Shown piece after piece: positions 50,233 through 59,907 of a stretch of DNA of 64,000 bases; the first letter of the stretch is position 1, and the number at the start of each line of letters is the position of its first letter. The DNA comes from Ignavibacteriales bacterium (GTDB lineage: Bacteria > Bacteroidota > Ignavibacteria > Ignavibacteriales > Ignavibacteriaceae), in NCBI GenBank assembly GCA_037444745.1, contig JBBILT010000003.1, positions 263,532 to 327,531 on the forward strand, in the 5' to 3' direction. Both the position numbers and the translations under genes were made by a program. A model generated the notes under the pieces. The model saw only the letters and a list, made by a program, of their open reading frames with translations, had not been told where the DNA came from and ran no database searches.

Positions 50233-50292
50233 TTACAACAGAAGTCTTACTTTAATACGATATTTTTTTTACATAATAATAGGATTATTAAT

Positions 50293-51066
50293 TTGAAAAT
50301 ACTTGTTTCGAACGATGATGGAATTGATTCCGCTGGAATATTTTCTTTAGTTGAAGCTTTAAAAGAAATTGCCGATGTAACAGTAGTTGCACCTCATAAA
50401 GAACAAAGCGCAGTTGGTCACGCGATTACGATGCAAACACCGTTGCGGGTTTTTGAATATCAGAAAATTGGAAAGTTTTTTGGATATGCTGTTGATGGCA
50501 CACCTGCAGATTGCGTAAAAATTGGCATCCGTAATTTAATGGAAACACCACCTGATCTTGTTGTGTCCGGTATAAATCACGGATCGAATACAGCTATTAA
50601 TATTATTTATTCAGGAACAGTTTCAGCAGCACGTGAAGCGGCTATAATGGATGTACCTGCGATAGCAATTTCAGTTACAAGTCATGCTGTAATGGATTTT
50701 TCTGTTGCTGCAAAGATAGCCAAACAACTTTCACTGCAAGTTAAAGAGAAAGGAATAACTAAGGGAACTTTGCTCAATGTAAATGTTCCAAATCTTCCTG
50801 AAGATCAAATTGCAGGGATTCTTCTTACAAAACAGGGAAAATCTAAATGGGATGATATTTATGAAAAACGAATTGACCCTTATGGAAGAAATTATTACTG
50901 GCTTACGGGAAATCTTTTTGAACTTGATCATCTATTAGAATTCGATCAGGCAGCAGTAAAGAAAAATTATGTTTCGATTTCACCCATCCACTTTGATCTG
51001 ACTGATTATCAGGCATATTCAGAAATGAAAAACTGGAAATTAGAAAATCTTTTAAATGGAAAATGA
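50293..51066 (+). CDS. surE: 5'/3'-nucleotidase SurE
   Basis: (M/L)KILVSNDDGI, SGINHG.N and YSGTV.AA motifs. Apparent TTG start. Confidence 0.92.
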   Translation: MKILVSNDDGIDSAGIFSLVEALKEIADVTVVAPHKEQSAVGHAITMQTPLRVFEYQKIGKFFGYAVDGTPADCVKIGIRNLMETPPDLVVSGINHGSNTAINIIYSGTVSAAREAAIMDVPAIAISVTSHAVMDFSVAAKIAKQLSLQVKEKGITKGTLLNVNVPNLPEDQIAGILLTKQGKSKWDDIYEKRIDPYGRNYYWLTGNLFELDHLLEFDQAAVKKNYVSISPIHFDLTDYQAYSEMKNWKLENLLNGK

Positions 51067-51922
51067 AATTGAAATTTATCAGATAGATTCTTTCACAAAA
51101 AATATTTTCCACGGAAACCCCGCCGGAGTAATATTGAATAATAATCTGAATGAGAATCAGAAAAAACTTTTGGCAAGAGAAATGAATCTTTCAGAAACTG
51201 CATTTATAAGTGATTCGAAAATTGCAAATTATAAGTTACAGTGGTTCACTCCCTCAGCTGAAGTTGATCTATGCGGACATGCGACGATAGCATCACTTCA
51301 CTTTTTATATGAAGTGAGAAAACTATCTGATGGGCAAACTATTACGTTTGAAACAAAGTCTGGCATTTTGAAATGTTTTGTAAACGATGCGAAATATTTC
51401 ATGCAAATTCCCATCGTAGAGATGATTGAATTTGAGGGACGCAAGGAAGAAATTATTAACGCTCTGGGAATTGAAAGAACTGATGTTTCCGATTTACCTT
51501 TTATTTTACTTAGCAACGGATATCTTTTCATACAAGTTAATTCTTTAAATACTTTGTGGAATTTAAATCCTGATTTTAAAGCACTGAAACAATTATCAGA
51601 AATAAAAAAAGAATTTTCTGATGTTGCAGTTTTTACAACGCAAACTATTGATGAGTCATCATCAGCGCATCTAAGATTTTTTGCGCCGGCAGATGGCATT
51701 GATGAAGATCCTGTTACGGGCTCTGCCTGCGGTCCGTTACTGTTAGTTATGTTAAAATTAGGTTTGATAAAAGAATATAAAGACGATAAAAAAATAATTT
51801 TTGAGCAAGGTGATGTTTTAAATCGTAAAGGCAGAGTTGGCGTTCGGTACAATTCTGTTAATAATGAATTGTATATTTCTGGCGAGGCTGTTACCGTAAT
51901 GAAAGGGAAATTATTTTACTGA
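51056..51922 (+). CDS. PhzF-family isomerase-like protein
   Basis: QIDSFT...F.GNPAGV, SETAF, LCGHAT and DPVTGSA motifs. Confidence 0.85.
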   Translation: MENEIEIYQIDSFTKNIFHGNPAGVILNNNLNENQKKLLAREMNLSETAFISDSKIANYKLQWFTPSAEVDLCGHATIASLHFLYEVRKLSDGQTITFETKSGILKCFVNDAKYFMQIPIVEMIEFEGRKEEIINALGIERTDVSDLPFILLSNGYLFIQVNSLNTLWNLNPDFKALKQLSEIKKEFSDVAVFTTQTIDESSSAHLRFFAPADGIDEDPVTGSACGPLLLVMLKLGLIKEYKDDKKIIFEQGDVLNRKGRVGVRYNSVNNELYISGEAVTVMKGKLFY

Positions 51923-54060
51923 TGTTCGGTTATGAAAAAATAAATTTAAATCTTTCGTTTAATTCCATTTACTTTATTCTTGGATTAATTCTTTTAGCTG
52001 CATATTCTTTTTATGTTTATCGATTTACACTGCCTCCAGTTTCAAATCCTAAAAAATACATCCTTACTTTTCTTAGATCATTTTCACTGGTATTGCTGCT
52101 TTTCATTTTTTTTGAACCGGTTTTAACATTAACAAATAAATTGATTATCATACCTACAAATGTTTTCTATTTAGATAACAGCAGGTCAATAAAATTTGAT
52201 GATACGACAAATCGACCATTAAAATTTAAAGCTGTAATTGAAGCACTCATCAATTCTAACTTAAACGAAAGTAATGAATATTATTCGTTTGGGTCATCTA
52301 TTAAACTATTGGAAACAGATAGTTTATCTAAGCTTAACTGGTCAGATGCAACAACAGATTTTTCCTCTATATTTAAAAATCTTCAACAATCAGAAAAGAA
52401 TATTGCATCTGTAACAATTATATCGGATGGAGTGATTACGGAAGGATCAACACCAATTTATGCGGCAGAAAAATCAGGGATTCCCGTTTTTACAGTTGGT
52501 ATTGGAGACAGCACCAAGAAGAACGACATTGAAATTAAAAATATAATTAATAATGAATTTATTTATGCAGGAAATCCGACAACAATTCTTGCCACTGTTC
52601 TTAATAAAGGATATTCGGGTAAAACGTCACAGATTTCGCTTTATGAAAATTCTAATTTGATCGAACAAAAAAATATTATTTTTGATAGAAGCGGAGTAAA
52701 TTCAATTTCATTTAATTACACGCCAAAACAGAGCGGAGAGCAAAAATTAAGCATTAAGGTTAGTAATCTTGATGGTGAAGCTAATTATTTAAATAACCAA
52801 AAAGTAATTTTCATAAATGTACTTAGTAATAAAATTAATATCTTATTGATTTCAGGAAGTCCATCGCCAGATCTTACCTTTATTAAAAACTCTTTAACAA
52901 ATGATGAAAATCTTAAAGTCAGTTCTCTAACTCAAATTGTTGCCGGAAATTTTCTTGAAGAAAATTCACAGGCAAAACTTGACAGCGCAAATATTATTTA
53001 TCTGCTTGGTTATCCAACGGCTTCATCTTCAGAAGAATTTTTTAATAAGCTTGTTAATAAATTAGAAAATAAAAGTATCCCAATATTTATCTTGATCAAC
53101 GGCGAAATTTCAATTAATAAATTAGAACGCTTAAAAAACTTTCTCCCATTCACCACACAAAGAATCGAAAATAATTATTTACAAGTTCAACCTGATGTTC
53201 AGATATCGGAACTAAAAAATCCAACTATTGAAAGTAACTCTTTTCCCGAGTGGAGTAACCTTCCGCCAATATCGCAGCCACTTGCTTTAATTACAGTAAA
53301 ACCCGAAAGCAAAATAATTTCTAAAATTCGTGTTGATAATTCACCTCGTAACATCCCGCTTATGATCAGCAGAAATTTTGGGAGCAAAAGATCTATAGCT
53401 TTTATAGGAAAAGATATTTGGAAATGGAAACTTCAAACAACTAACAAGAACTTAAACCTGTTTGATAATTTTATTCTAAATTCTACACGCTGGTTAAATG
53501 CACCTGATGATCAGAAAAAAGTTAAAATAAAAACATCAAAAAAGATTTATTCATCTGGTGAGATAGTCGAATTTTCAGCTCAGGTTTATGATGAATCATT
53601 TAATCCTGTAAATGATGCCGAAGTGAAAGTAAATATGTTAAACAAAGATTATAAAACTGAACTTAATTTGAACTCAGTTGGCAATGGTTTGTATGAAGGT
53701 AGTATATCTCTTGATAAAAATGGAGACTACTTATTTACTGGTAATGCGCGTATCGATGACAAATTATTAGGCACGGATAAAGGAAATTTTGATATCGGTG
53801 ATGTGAATATTGAAATGCTTGATACGAGAATGAATTATGAATTTTTAAATTTATTATCCGATCAAACTAAGGGAAAATATTTTAGCCCAGAAAATATAAA
53901 GGGACTTATTGCAAGATTGAATGAAATAAATCTTAATTCATCAAAAGAAAAATTAAAGACTTCTGAGATTCGTCTTTGGTCTGATGAGTGGTTATTAGTT
54001 ATTGTAATCCTTCTGTTTGCACTGGAATGGTTTATCCGAAAAAGAGAAGGTATGTTATAA
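51922..54060 (+). CDS. large membrane protein with N-terminal double-TM (BatA-N-like) and C-terminal TM anchor; function unknown
   Basis: 712 aa with two N-terminal TM helices and a final TM (WLLVIVILLFALEWFI). The central part loosely resembles vWA and GATase1-like folds. The start overlaps the phzF-like stop (TGATG). Confidence 0.5.
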   Translation: MFGYEKINLNLSFNSIYFILGLILLAAYSFYVYRFTLPPVSNPKKYILTFLRSFSLVLLLFIFFEPVLTLTNKLIIIPTNVFYLDNSRSIKFDDTTNRPLKFKAVIEALINSNLNESNEYYSFGSSIKLLETDSLSKLNWSDATTDFSSIFKNLQQSEKNIASVTIISDGVITEGSTPIYAAEKSGIPVFTVGIGDSTKKNDIEIKNIINNEFIYAGNPTTILATVLNKGYSGKTSQISLYENSNLIEQKNIIFDRSGVNSISFNYTPKQSGEQKLSIKVSNLDGEANYLNNQKVIFINVLSNKINILLISGSPSPDLTFIKNSLTNDENLKVSSLTQIVAGNFLEENSQAKLDSANIIYLLGYPTASSSEEFFNKLVNKLENKSIPIFILINGEISINKLERLKNFLPFTTQRIENNYLQVQPDVQISELKNPTIESNSFPEWSNLPPISQPLALITVKPESKIISKIRVDNSPRNIPLMISRNFGSKRSIAFIGKDIWKWKLQTTNKNLNLFDNFILNSTRWLNAPDDQKKVKIKTSKKIYSSGEIVEFSAQVYDESFNPVNDAEVKVNMLNKDYKTELNLNSVGNGLYEGSISLDKNGDYLFTGNARIDDKLLGTDKGNFDIGDVNIEMLDTRMNYEFLNLLSDQTKGKYFSPENIKGLIARLNEINLNSSKEKLKTSEIRLWSDEWLLVIVILLFALEWFIRKREGML

Positions 54061-54062
54061 TT

Positions 54063-54761
54063 ATGCAAGGGGGTCAATCCATAATAATTAATTCATTCCT
54101 GGATTATTTCCTTCCCAGATTTTGTCCATCTTGTTCAATTAAATTAAAGACTTTAGAGGATAGTGTTTGTAATCTTTGTTTAAGTAAAATCCAAAGTGCT
54201 GCAGCGCAGAGAATAAATCATGAGTTTGATAGAAAATTTAAAGAGAATAATATCATATCTGATTTCTTTTCACTCTACGTTTTTGAAAAAGATAAAGAGT
54301 TACAAAACGCCATTCATGCTCTAAAGTACAATAGTAAATTTAGAATTGGAATATTTTTGGGTAAAAAATTAGCAAAAGAATTAAACAAGGTTCATACCGA
54401 CTGGCAAATCGATTTAATAATACCGATTCCGCTTCATCAATTAAAAAAAGCTGAAAGAGGATTTAATCAGTCATACTATATTGCAAAAGGTGTGAACAGT
54501 GTTTTAAAAATTAAAGTTACTGAAAATGCGGTAAAACGAATTAAGTATACACAATCACAAACGACCATGAATATCCTAGAACGAAAAGAAAATATTTCCG
54601 GCGCTTTTAAAGTTAAAAAACAAAATATCGTAAAAGATAAAACAATACTTTTGATTGATGATGTAATTACAACAGGTGCAACAATTTCAGAATGCGGTGA
54701 AATATTATTGAAGGCAGGGGCAAACAAAGTTTATGCGGCTTCGATTGCAATTGCGGATTGA
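54063..54761 (+). CDS. ComF-family phosphoribosyltransferase-domain protein
   Basis: N-terminal CPSC...C.LC zinc motif and C-terminal PRPP motif LLIDDVITTGAT. Start placed at ATG 54063 rather than the tracked 53988. Confidence 0.8.
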   Translation: MQGGQSIIINSFLDYFLPRFCPSCSIKLKTLEDSVCNLCLSKIQSAAAQRINHEFDRKFKENNIISDFFSLYVFEKDKELQNAIHALKYNSKFRIGIFLGKKLAKELNKVHTDWQIDLIIPIPLHQLKKAERGFNQSYYIAKGVNSVLKIKVTENAVKRIKYTQSQTTMNILERKENISGAFKVKKQNIVKDKTILLIDDVITTGATISECGEILLKAGANKVYAASIAIAD

Positions 54762-54762
54762 A

Positions 54763-56391
54763 TTACATTTTTTCAGGAGCTGATACGCCCAGTATAGTTA
54801 GTCCATTTTTTATTACAGTTTTAGCAGCTACAGCAAGTGCTAATCTGGCTTCTGCTAGATTTTTTTCTGTTCCCAAAATTCTGCAAAATCTATGAAACCT
54901 ATGATAAGCTGCTGCCAGTTCCTCTAGATAATTGCACATTAAATTAACTTCATAATTTTCAGCACTTATCAAAAGTTTTTCTTCAAAATTGTATAATACT
55001 TTTATCAGATTTTGTTCATGCTCATTTATAAGTAATTCTAAATGATTGACTGAAGATTCTAAACTTTCTCTTTTTACTTCGCGCATTATAGAACAAATTC
55101 TTGCATGAGCATATTGAAGATAGAAAACCGGGTTTTCATCAGATTGTTTTTTTGCGAGTGCAAGATCAAAATTCATATGAGTAGAAATATTTCGCATATT
55201 GAAAAAATACCTTACTACATCTTTTCCAACTTCATCAACTAACTCATCAAGCGTAATAAAGTTAGCTTTTCTGGTGGACATTTTAATCACTTCGCCATTT
55301 TCAGTAATTGTAACAAACTGGTGAATCAGAACTTTAACTTTGGAAGAATCATAGCCAAGAGCTTTCAATCCTGCCATTACATCAGGATACGTTGCATTAT
55401 GATCCGAACCAAATAAATCAACCAGCAAGTCATATCCCCGATTTATTTTAACGATGTGATAAGCAATATCAGGTAAACGATAAGTGGGTTCGCCAGTGTT
55501 TTTTACGATCACTTTATCCTCATCTTGCCCAAGCTCAGATAATTTTAACCAAACTGCCCCTTCTTTTTGATAGGATAATTTTTTTTCTTCATACGCATTT
55601 AAAAGCTCTTTAATTTTCCCTTCTTCATAAAGAGAATTTTCATTAAAAAATATTTTATGATGAATTCCCAAATTATCCAAAGTATGTTTGATATCTTTAA
55701 AGATTTCACTTTCAGCCGTTTGTTTAAACTTACCTTCAGCATCTTCATCTCTAAGTTGATGATCAAATTCACTAAATAAAGATTTGGAAATGTCCTTAAT
55801 ATATTCGCCTTGATAATAATCCGTGGGAAAATCAATTTTTTCACCGAGCAATTCCAGATATCGCAGTCGAACTGAATCACCGAGAACACGCATCTGTCTT
55901 CCGGCATTATTAAAATAGTATTCGCGATCAACATCATAACCAATCCACTCTAAGAGATTGGCAACGGTATCACCAATAACAGCATTTCTTCCATGCCCAA
56001 CAGTTAGCGGTCCGGTTGGATTTGCAGAAACAAATTCCACATTAGCACGTTTACCTTTGTATTTATCTGATCTTCCATAATTGTCTTTTTTATTAAGAAT
56101 TTCTTCAATGATTTTTGGTGTGTACTGAGGTGAAAAGAAAAAATTAATAAATCCAGGACCAGCAATTTCTGTTTTTGCAATAACGGAATCATCCAAACTC
56201 AATTCATTTAATATTTCCTGAGCTAATGTGCGCGGATTTTTCTTTAACTTTTTTGATAGAAGCATTGCAGCGTTGGATGAAAGATCACCATGCTCAGAAG
56301 ATTTTGGAATATCAAATGATAATGTAATTTCTGCCAATTCCGGAATTTTTTTTTCTGCTTCTTTAAAAGCCGAGTAAAGGTATTCTTTCAA
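54763..56391 (-). CDS. argS: arginine--tRNA ligase
   Basis: SANPTGPLTVGHGR (HIGH region), a class I KMSK-like motif (MSTRK) and the DALR anticodon-binding C-terminus. Apparent TTG start. Confidence 0.95.
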   Translation of the reverse strand: MKEYLYSAFKEAEKKIPELAEITLSFDIPKSSEHGDLSSNAAMLLSKKLKKNPRTLAQEILNELSLDDSVIAKTEIAGPGFINFFFSPQYTPKIIEEILNKKDNYGRSDKYKGKRANVEFVSANPTGPLTVGHGRNAVIGDTVANLLEWIGYDVDREYYFNNAGRQMRVLGDSVRLRYLELLGEKIDFPTDYYQGEYIKDISKSLFSEFDHQLRDEDAEGKFKQTAESEIFKDIKHTLDNLGIHHKIFFNENSLYEEGKIKELLNAYEEKKLSYQKEGAVWLKLSELGQDEDKVIVKNTGEPTYRLPDIAYHIVKINRGYDLLVDLFGSDHNATYPDVMAGLKALGYDSSKVKVLIHQFVTITENGEVIKMSTRKANFITLDELVDEVGKDVVRYFFNMRNISTHMNFDLALAKKQSDENPVFYLQYAHARICSIMREVKRESLESSVNHLELLINEHEQNLIKVLYNFEEKLLISAENYEVNLMCNYLEELAAAYHRFHRFCRILGTEKNLAEARLALAVAAKTVIKNGLTILGVSAPEKM

Positions 56392-56403
56392 TGTGTATGT
56401 TTT

Positions 56404-56832
56404 TTAATTTGTATAAAAATTATTTGGTGTTTTTTTTCTAACTGCTTTGGGTTTCGATTTTACAATCTCTTTTTTTAGGAATGGATCTTCAACATCAATA
56501 GTTGGAGCATCACCCCATAGTTTTTCAATATTGTAAAATTCCCGTGATTCTTTTTTAAAGATATGAACAACAACATCAACGTAATCCAATAAAACCCAAC
56601 TTAATGCCATATATCCTTCTTTATGCCAGCATTTAATTCCTTCGTCTCTCAAACTTTTATCCACTTCGTCCGCAATTGCTTTTACCTGGGTATCAGAATC
56701 CGCAGAGCAGATTATAAAAAAGTCAGCAAATGCAGCAAGATTTCGTAAATCTAAAATTCTAACATCGAATGCTTTTTTATTAAAGGTAACGTTTGCAATT
56801 TTTTCGGCGAATATTTTTGAATCCAATATCAA
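56404..56832 (-). CDS. rsfS: ribosome silencing factor RsfS (iojap family)
   Basis: DFFIICS..S..Q..AI, W.LLDY.DVVVHIF and YNIEKLW motifs. Confidence 0.9.
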   Translation of the reverse strand: MILDSKIFAEKIANVTFNKKAFDVRILDLRNLAAFADFFIICSADSDTQVKAIADEVDKSLRDEGIKCWHKEGYMALSWVLLDYVDVVVHIFKKESREFYNIEKLWGDAPTIDVEDPFLKKEIVKSKPKAVRKKTPNNFYTN

Positions 56833-57323
56833 CTCCTGCTTTTTATAAAATATTTATTAAAATCTTTTCCTATAACAATTGTAAGATCAAGAAAATATTG
56901 TTTGTTAGTTTGATTGATGATATTTTTTTTATCAATGCCAAGGGAATCAGCAACTCGATAAGCAGTTTCAATTTTTCCTAATCTATCAATAATAAAAGTG
57001 TTGTCAATATCAAAAGACATATAATTGCCTGTCTTTACAACATCAAAACCACTCGAACGGATAATATCAGTAAACTTATCACCCACACCCGCAACACCAC
57101 AGCCGTTTAATACTTCAACCTGAATAAGTTGTTGAACGTTTTTGGGTTTTAATTCTTCTTTGCTGCCTGTATTAATTATGCCCAGATTATTTAAAAGACT
57201 GTAACAAAGAAAGAAGGTGAATAATGATAAAATTACGGAAACAATTACAAAGAAAAGATTTTTGTTTTTTGATGAGATAGTATCAGTTGTACCAATATCT
57301 TCTGAAATATTTTTTCCCTTCAC
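56829..57323 (-). CDS. membrane-anchored LytR_C-domain protein
   Basis: Has a TM anchor followed by VEVLNGCGVAGVGDKF...GFDVVKTGN, typical of the LytR C-terminal domain. Overlaps the rsfS start by 4 nt. Confidence 0.65.
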   Translation of the reverse strand: MKGKNISEDIGTTDTISSKNKNLFFVIVSVILSLFTFFLCYSLLNNLGIINTGSKEELKPKNVQQLIQVEVLNGCGVAGVGDKFTDIIRSSGFDVVKTGNYMSFDIDNTFIIDRLGKIETAYRVADSLGIDKKNIINQTNKQYFLDLTIVIGKDFNKYFIKSRS

Positions 57324-57341
57324 TCATTTACTCTCATAAAT

Positions 57342-57851
57342 TTAAAACATAAATGGATAATTTTCATATCCATTGAAACCTCTATAAATTGAATTGCCAT
57401 AATAACCATATCGATTATAAGGATCATACAAAAGATTTGGCATGCTGCGGTACTGAATAGAAATGGAAACATCGTCCCATGGTTTATAATTAAAAGCAGC
57501 ACGGCTGATGTATATACCTTGCAAAGAATTTTGAAAATCTTTGCCTAAACTACTATAAGGACTGGTAACAAAACTTGCGTCTAATTGAACATTCATATTA
57601 TCTGAAAATTTATACATCATGCTGTTAGTGTATGTTGCCAAACTTAATCCTTCTCCTGCAAATGACGAATAAGATATTCCAAATGAATGATGCATACTAA
57701 AATTATTTGAGTTCAAAAATCCAAACAATGAATTGGATGAATTGCTGCTAACGCCGTCTCGCGGTGATTCAGTTGTAAAAGCCGGTTCTTTAAATTGTGC
57801 ATATATCGCTAAAGATGAAAGCGTGAATATAACGATCAAATATTTTTTCAT
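57342..57851 (-). CDS. small secreted/outer-membrane protein, function unknown
   Basis: Signal peptide, aromatic- and Ser/Asn-rich sequence, and a C-terminal ...YPFMF. Confidence 0.4.
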   Translation of the reverse strand: MKKYLIVIFTLSSLAIYAQFKEPAFTTESPRDGVSSNSSNSLFGFLNSNNFSMHHSFGISYSSFAGEGLSLATYTNSMMYKFSDNMNVQLDASFVTSPYSSLGKDFQNSLQGIYISRAAFNYKPWDDVSISIQYRSMPNLLYDPYNRYGYYGNSIYRGFNGYENYPFMF

Positions 57852-58011
57852 AATTTCCTCAAAGATTTCATTAGTATTTTATAGAATAAAACTGTTAATG
57901 TCAATGAATCGTAAAATACTCACATTAAAATAAACAAAAGATGTATTGCACTTCAAGATCAATTTGTAATGATAATTATTTATTTTATCCGCAATTAAAA
58001 AGTTATATAAG

Positions 58012-58578
58012 ATGAAAATTTTAGTGATAGATAATTACGATTCATTTACCTTCAATTTAGTGCAAATATTAGGATCATTAAATTGTAAAGTATTAGTTAG
58101 ACGAAATGATGAAATAACTGTTCCCGATATCATTAAAATTAATCCTGATAAAATTTTAATTTCTCCTGGTCCGGGTAAACCAGAAAATTCTAAAGTGTCT
58201 CTAAAAGTTGTTAAGGAACTTTGTGGAATGAAACCAATTCTTGGCGTGTGTTTAGGCCATCAAATTATTGCAATTGCTTTTGGTGGAAAGGTTGTAAAAT
58301 CACCCAAATTATCTCATGGTAAAATGGTATTAGTTAAGCATGATAAAATATCTATATTCAAAAATGTAAAACAAAATTTCAGAGCAGCTCTTTACCATTC
58401 ATTAGCTGTTGAAAAAAAATCACTGCCAAAGTGTTTAAAGATTACTGCTGTTGCCGATAATGGGACAATAATGGGAATCAGGCATCGAGAATTTTTGGTG
58501 GAAGGAATTCAATTCCATCCAGAATCAATTCTAACAGATGCTGGCAAAACTCTGATCAAAAATTGGATAGAAAATTAA
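58012..58578 (+). CDS. glutamine amidotransferase component II of anthranilate/aminodeoxychorismate synthase (TrpG/PabA)
   Basis: ILVIDNYDSFTFNL, GVCLGHQ and FHPES catalytic triad contexts. Confidence 0.9.
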   Translation: MKILVIDNYDSFTFNLVQILGSLNCKVLVRRNDEITVPDIIKINPDKILISPGPGKPENSKVSLKVVKELCGMKPILGVCLGHQIIAIAFGGKVVKSPKLSHGKMVLVKHDKISIFKNVKQNFRAALYHSLAVEKKSLPKCLKITAVADNGTIMGIRHREFLVEGIQFHPESILTDAGKTLIKNWIEN

Positions 58579-59036
58579 TCTTTCTTAATTCTCACAATCA
58601 TTTCAATTTCCACAGTGGCATTAAGCGGTAGTGAAATCACACCAACAGCACTTCGAACATGTTTACCTTTATCACCAAATATTTTTTCCATCAACTCTGA
58701 TGCACCGTTTGCTACTTTCGGCTGAGAGGTAAAATCCTCAGAACTCGCAACAAACACAGTAAGCTTTACAACTTCAATAATTTTATCAAGATTACCAATA
58801 ACACCCTTAATAGCAGCAAGACAATTTAATGCACAAACCTGTGCTGCTTGCTGTCCTTCTTCTTCAGAAATATCTTTTCCAACTTTTCCAACATACTTTA
58901 TTGCACCTCTTACTAACGGAACCTGTCCTGACGACATAACAAGATCGCCAACTACTTTAGCTGGTACATACGCTGCAAGTGGCTTTGCAACTTCAGGGAT
59001 TTCCAAACCGAGTGCTTTTATTTTTTCTTCTATCAT
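58575..59036 (-). CDS. RidA/YjgF-family protein
   Basis: 153 aa with C-terminal R.AVGV..LP....VE...V, characteristic of the family. Confidence 0.8.
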   Translation of the reverse strand: MIEEKIKALGLEIPEVAKPLAAYVPAKVVGDLVMSSGQVPLVRGAIKYVGKVGKDISEEEGQQAAQVCALNCLAAIKGVIGNLDKIIEVVKLTVFVASSEDFTSQPKVANGASELMEKIFGDKGKHVRSAVGVISLPLNATVEIEMIVRIKKD

Positions 59037-59106
59037 AAAAACTCCAAATGAGTAATAAAATTTTCTTAAATTTTGATTAGAATTAATTTAATTAAAAGGA
59101 ACATCA

Positions 59107-59907
59107 ATGACTGAAAGTAAATTTACGGATTTTGTACAAATTGTTAAAAGATTACGTAAAGAATGTCCGTGGGATAGAGAGCAAACAAATGATTCCATAA
59201 AAGCAAACACAATCGAAGAAGCTTATGAAGTTGTTGAGGCTATCGATCAAAAAGATTTTGGGGAGCTAAAAAAAGAATTAGGTGATTTACTTTTACATGT
59301 TGTTTTTCATACTCAAATAGCTGAAGAAAATGGATACTTTAAAATAGACGAGGTAATTGATTCCATTAAAGAAAAACTTATTAGACGCCATCCACATGTC
59401 TTTGGCGATGTGGTAGTAAGAGATTCAAATGAGGTTAAAAAAAATTGGGAGGAAATTAAATTAGGCGAAGGAAGAGAATCCGTACTTGAAGGTGTTCCAT
59501 TTAACTTACCTGCCTTGCAACGCGCACACAGACTGCAGGAAAAGGCTGCTAAGGTCGGATTTGATTGGGACAAAAAAGAAGATGTATGGAAAAAAGTGAT
59601 TGAGGAAATTGAAGAGATGCATGAAATTGAAAATCTCAAAACACAGACAGTAAATATTAATAATGACGAATTGCAATTAAAATTAGAAAAGGAAGTAGGT
59701 GATGTTTTTTTTGCTATGGTTAATTATGCCAGATTTCTTGGAATAAATCCTGAAGATGCATTAAGAAGGACTAATGAAAAATTTATTAACAGATTTAATT
59801 ACGTTCAGAAAAAAGTTAAAGAAACGGGTAAAGCAATTAATGAATCAAATCTGGAGGAGATGGATAAGTACTGGAATGAAAGCAAGAAACTGAATGGTTT
59901 TGATTAA
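59107..59907 (+). CDS. mazG: nucleoside triphosphate pyrophosphohydrolase MazG
   Basis: CPWDREQT, EE.YE..EAI, ELGDLLL, and a second MazG repeat with E.GD..F. Confidence 0.9.
   Translation: MTESKFTDFVQIVKRLRKECPWDREQTNDSIKANTIEEAYEVVEAIDQKDFGELKKELGDLLLHVVFHTQIAEENGYFKIDEVIDSIKEKLIRRHPHVFGDVVVRDSNEVKKNWEEIKLGEGRESVLEGVPFNLPALQRAHRLQEKAAKVGFDWDKKEDVWKKVIEEIEEMHEIENLKTQTVNINNDELQLKLEKEVGDVFFAMVNYARFLGINPEDALRRTNEKFINRFNYVQKKVKETGKAINESNLEEMDKYWNESKKLNGFD

Noticed and set aside
51298-51852. 184-aa minus-strand ORF, unusually long for an AT-rich genome.
   Set aside because: It lies entirely antisense within the PhzF-family gene and has no recognisable motif or RBS. It is most likely an open shadow frame opposite the true CDS.
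53988-54062. N-terminal extension of the ComF-family ORF.
   Set aside because: It overlaps the end of the 712-aa gene. The ATG at 54063 lies 2 nt after that gene's stop.
55599-55943. 114-aa minus-strand ORF inside argS.
   Set aside because: It is an alternative frame within the well-supported argS CDS and has no independent support.
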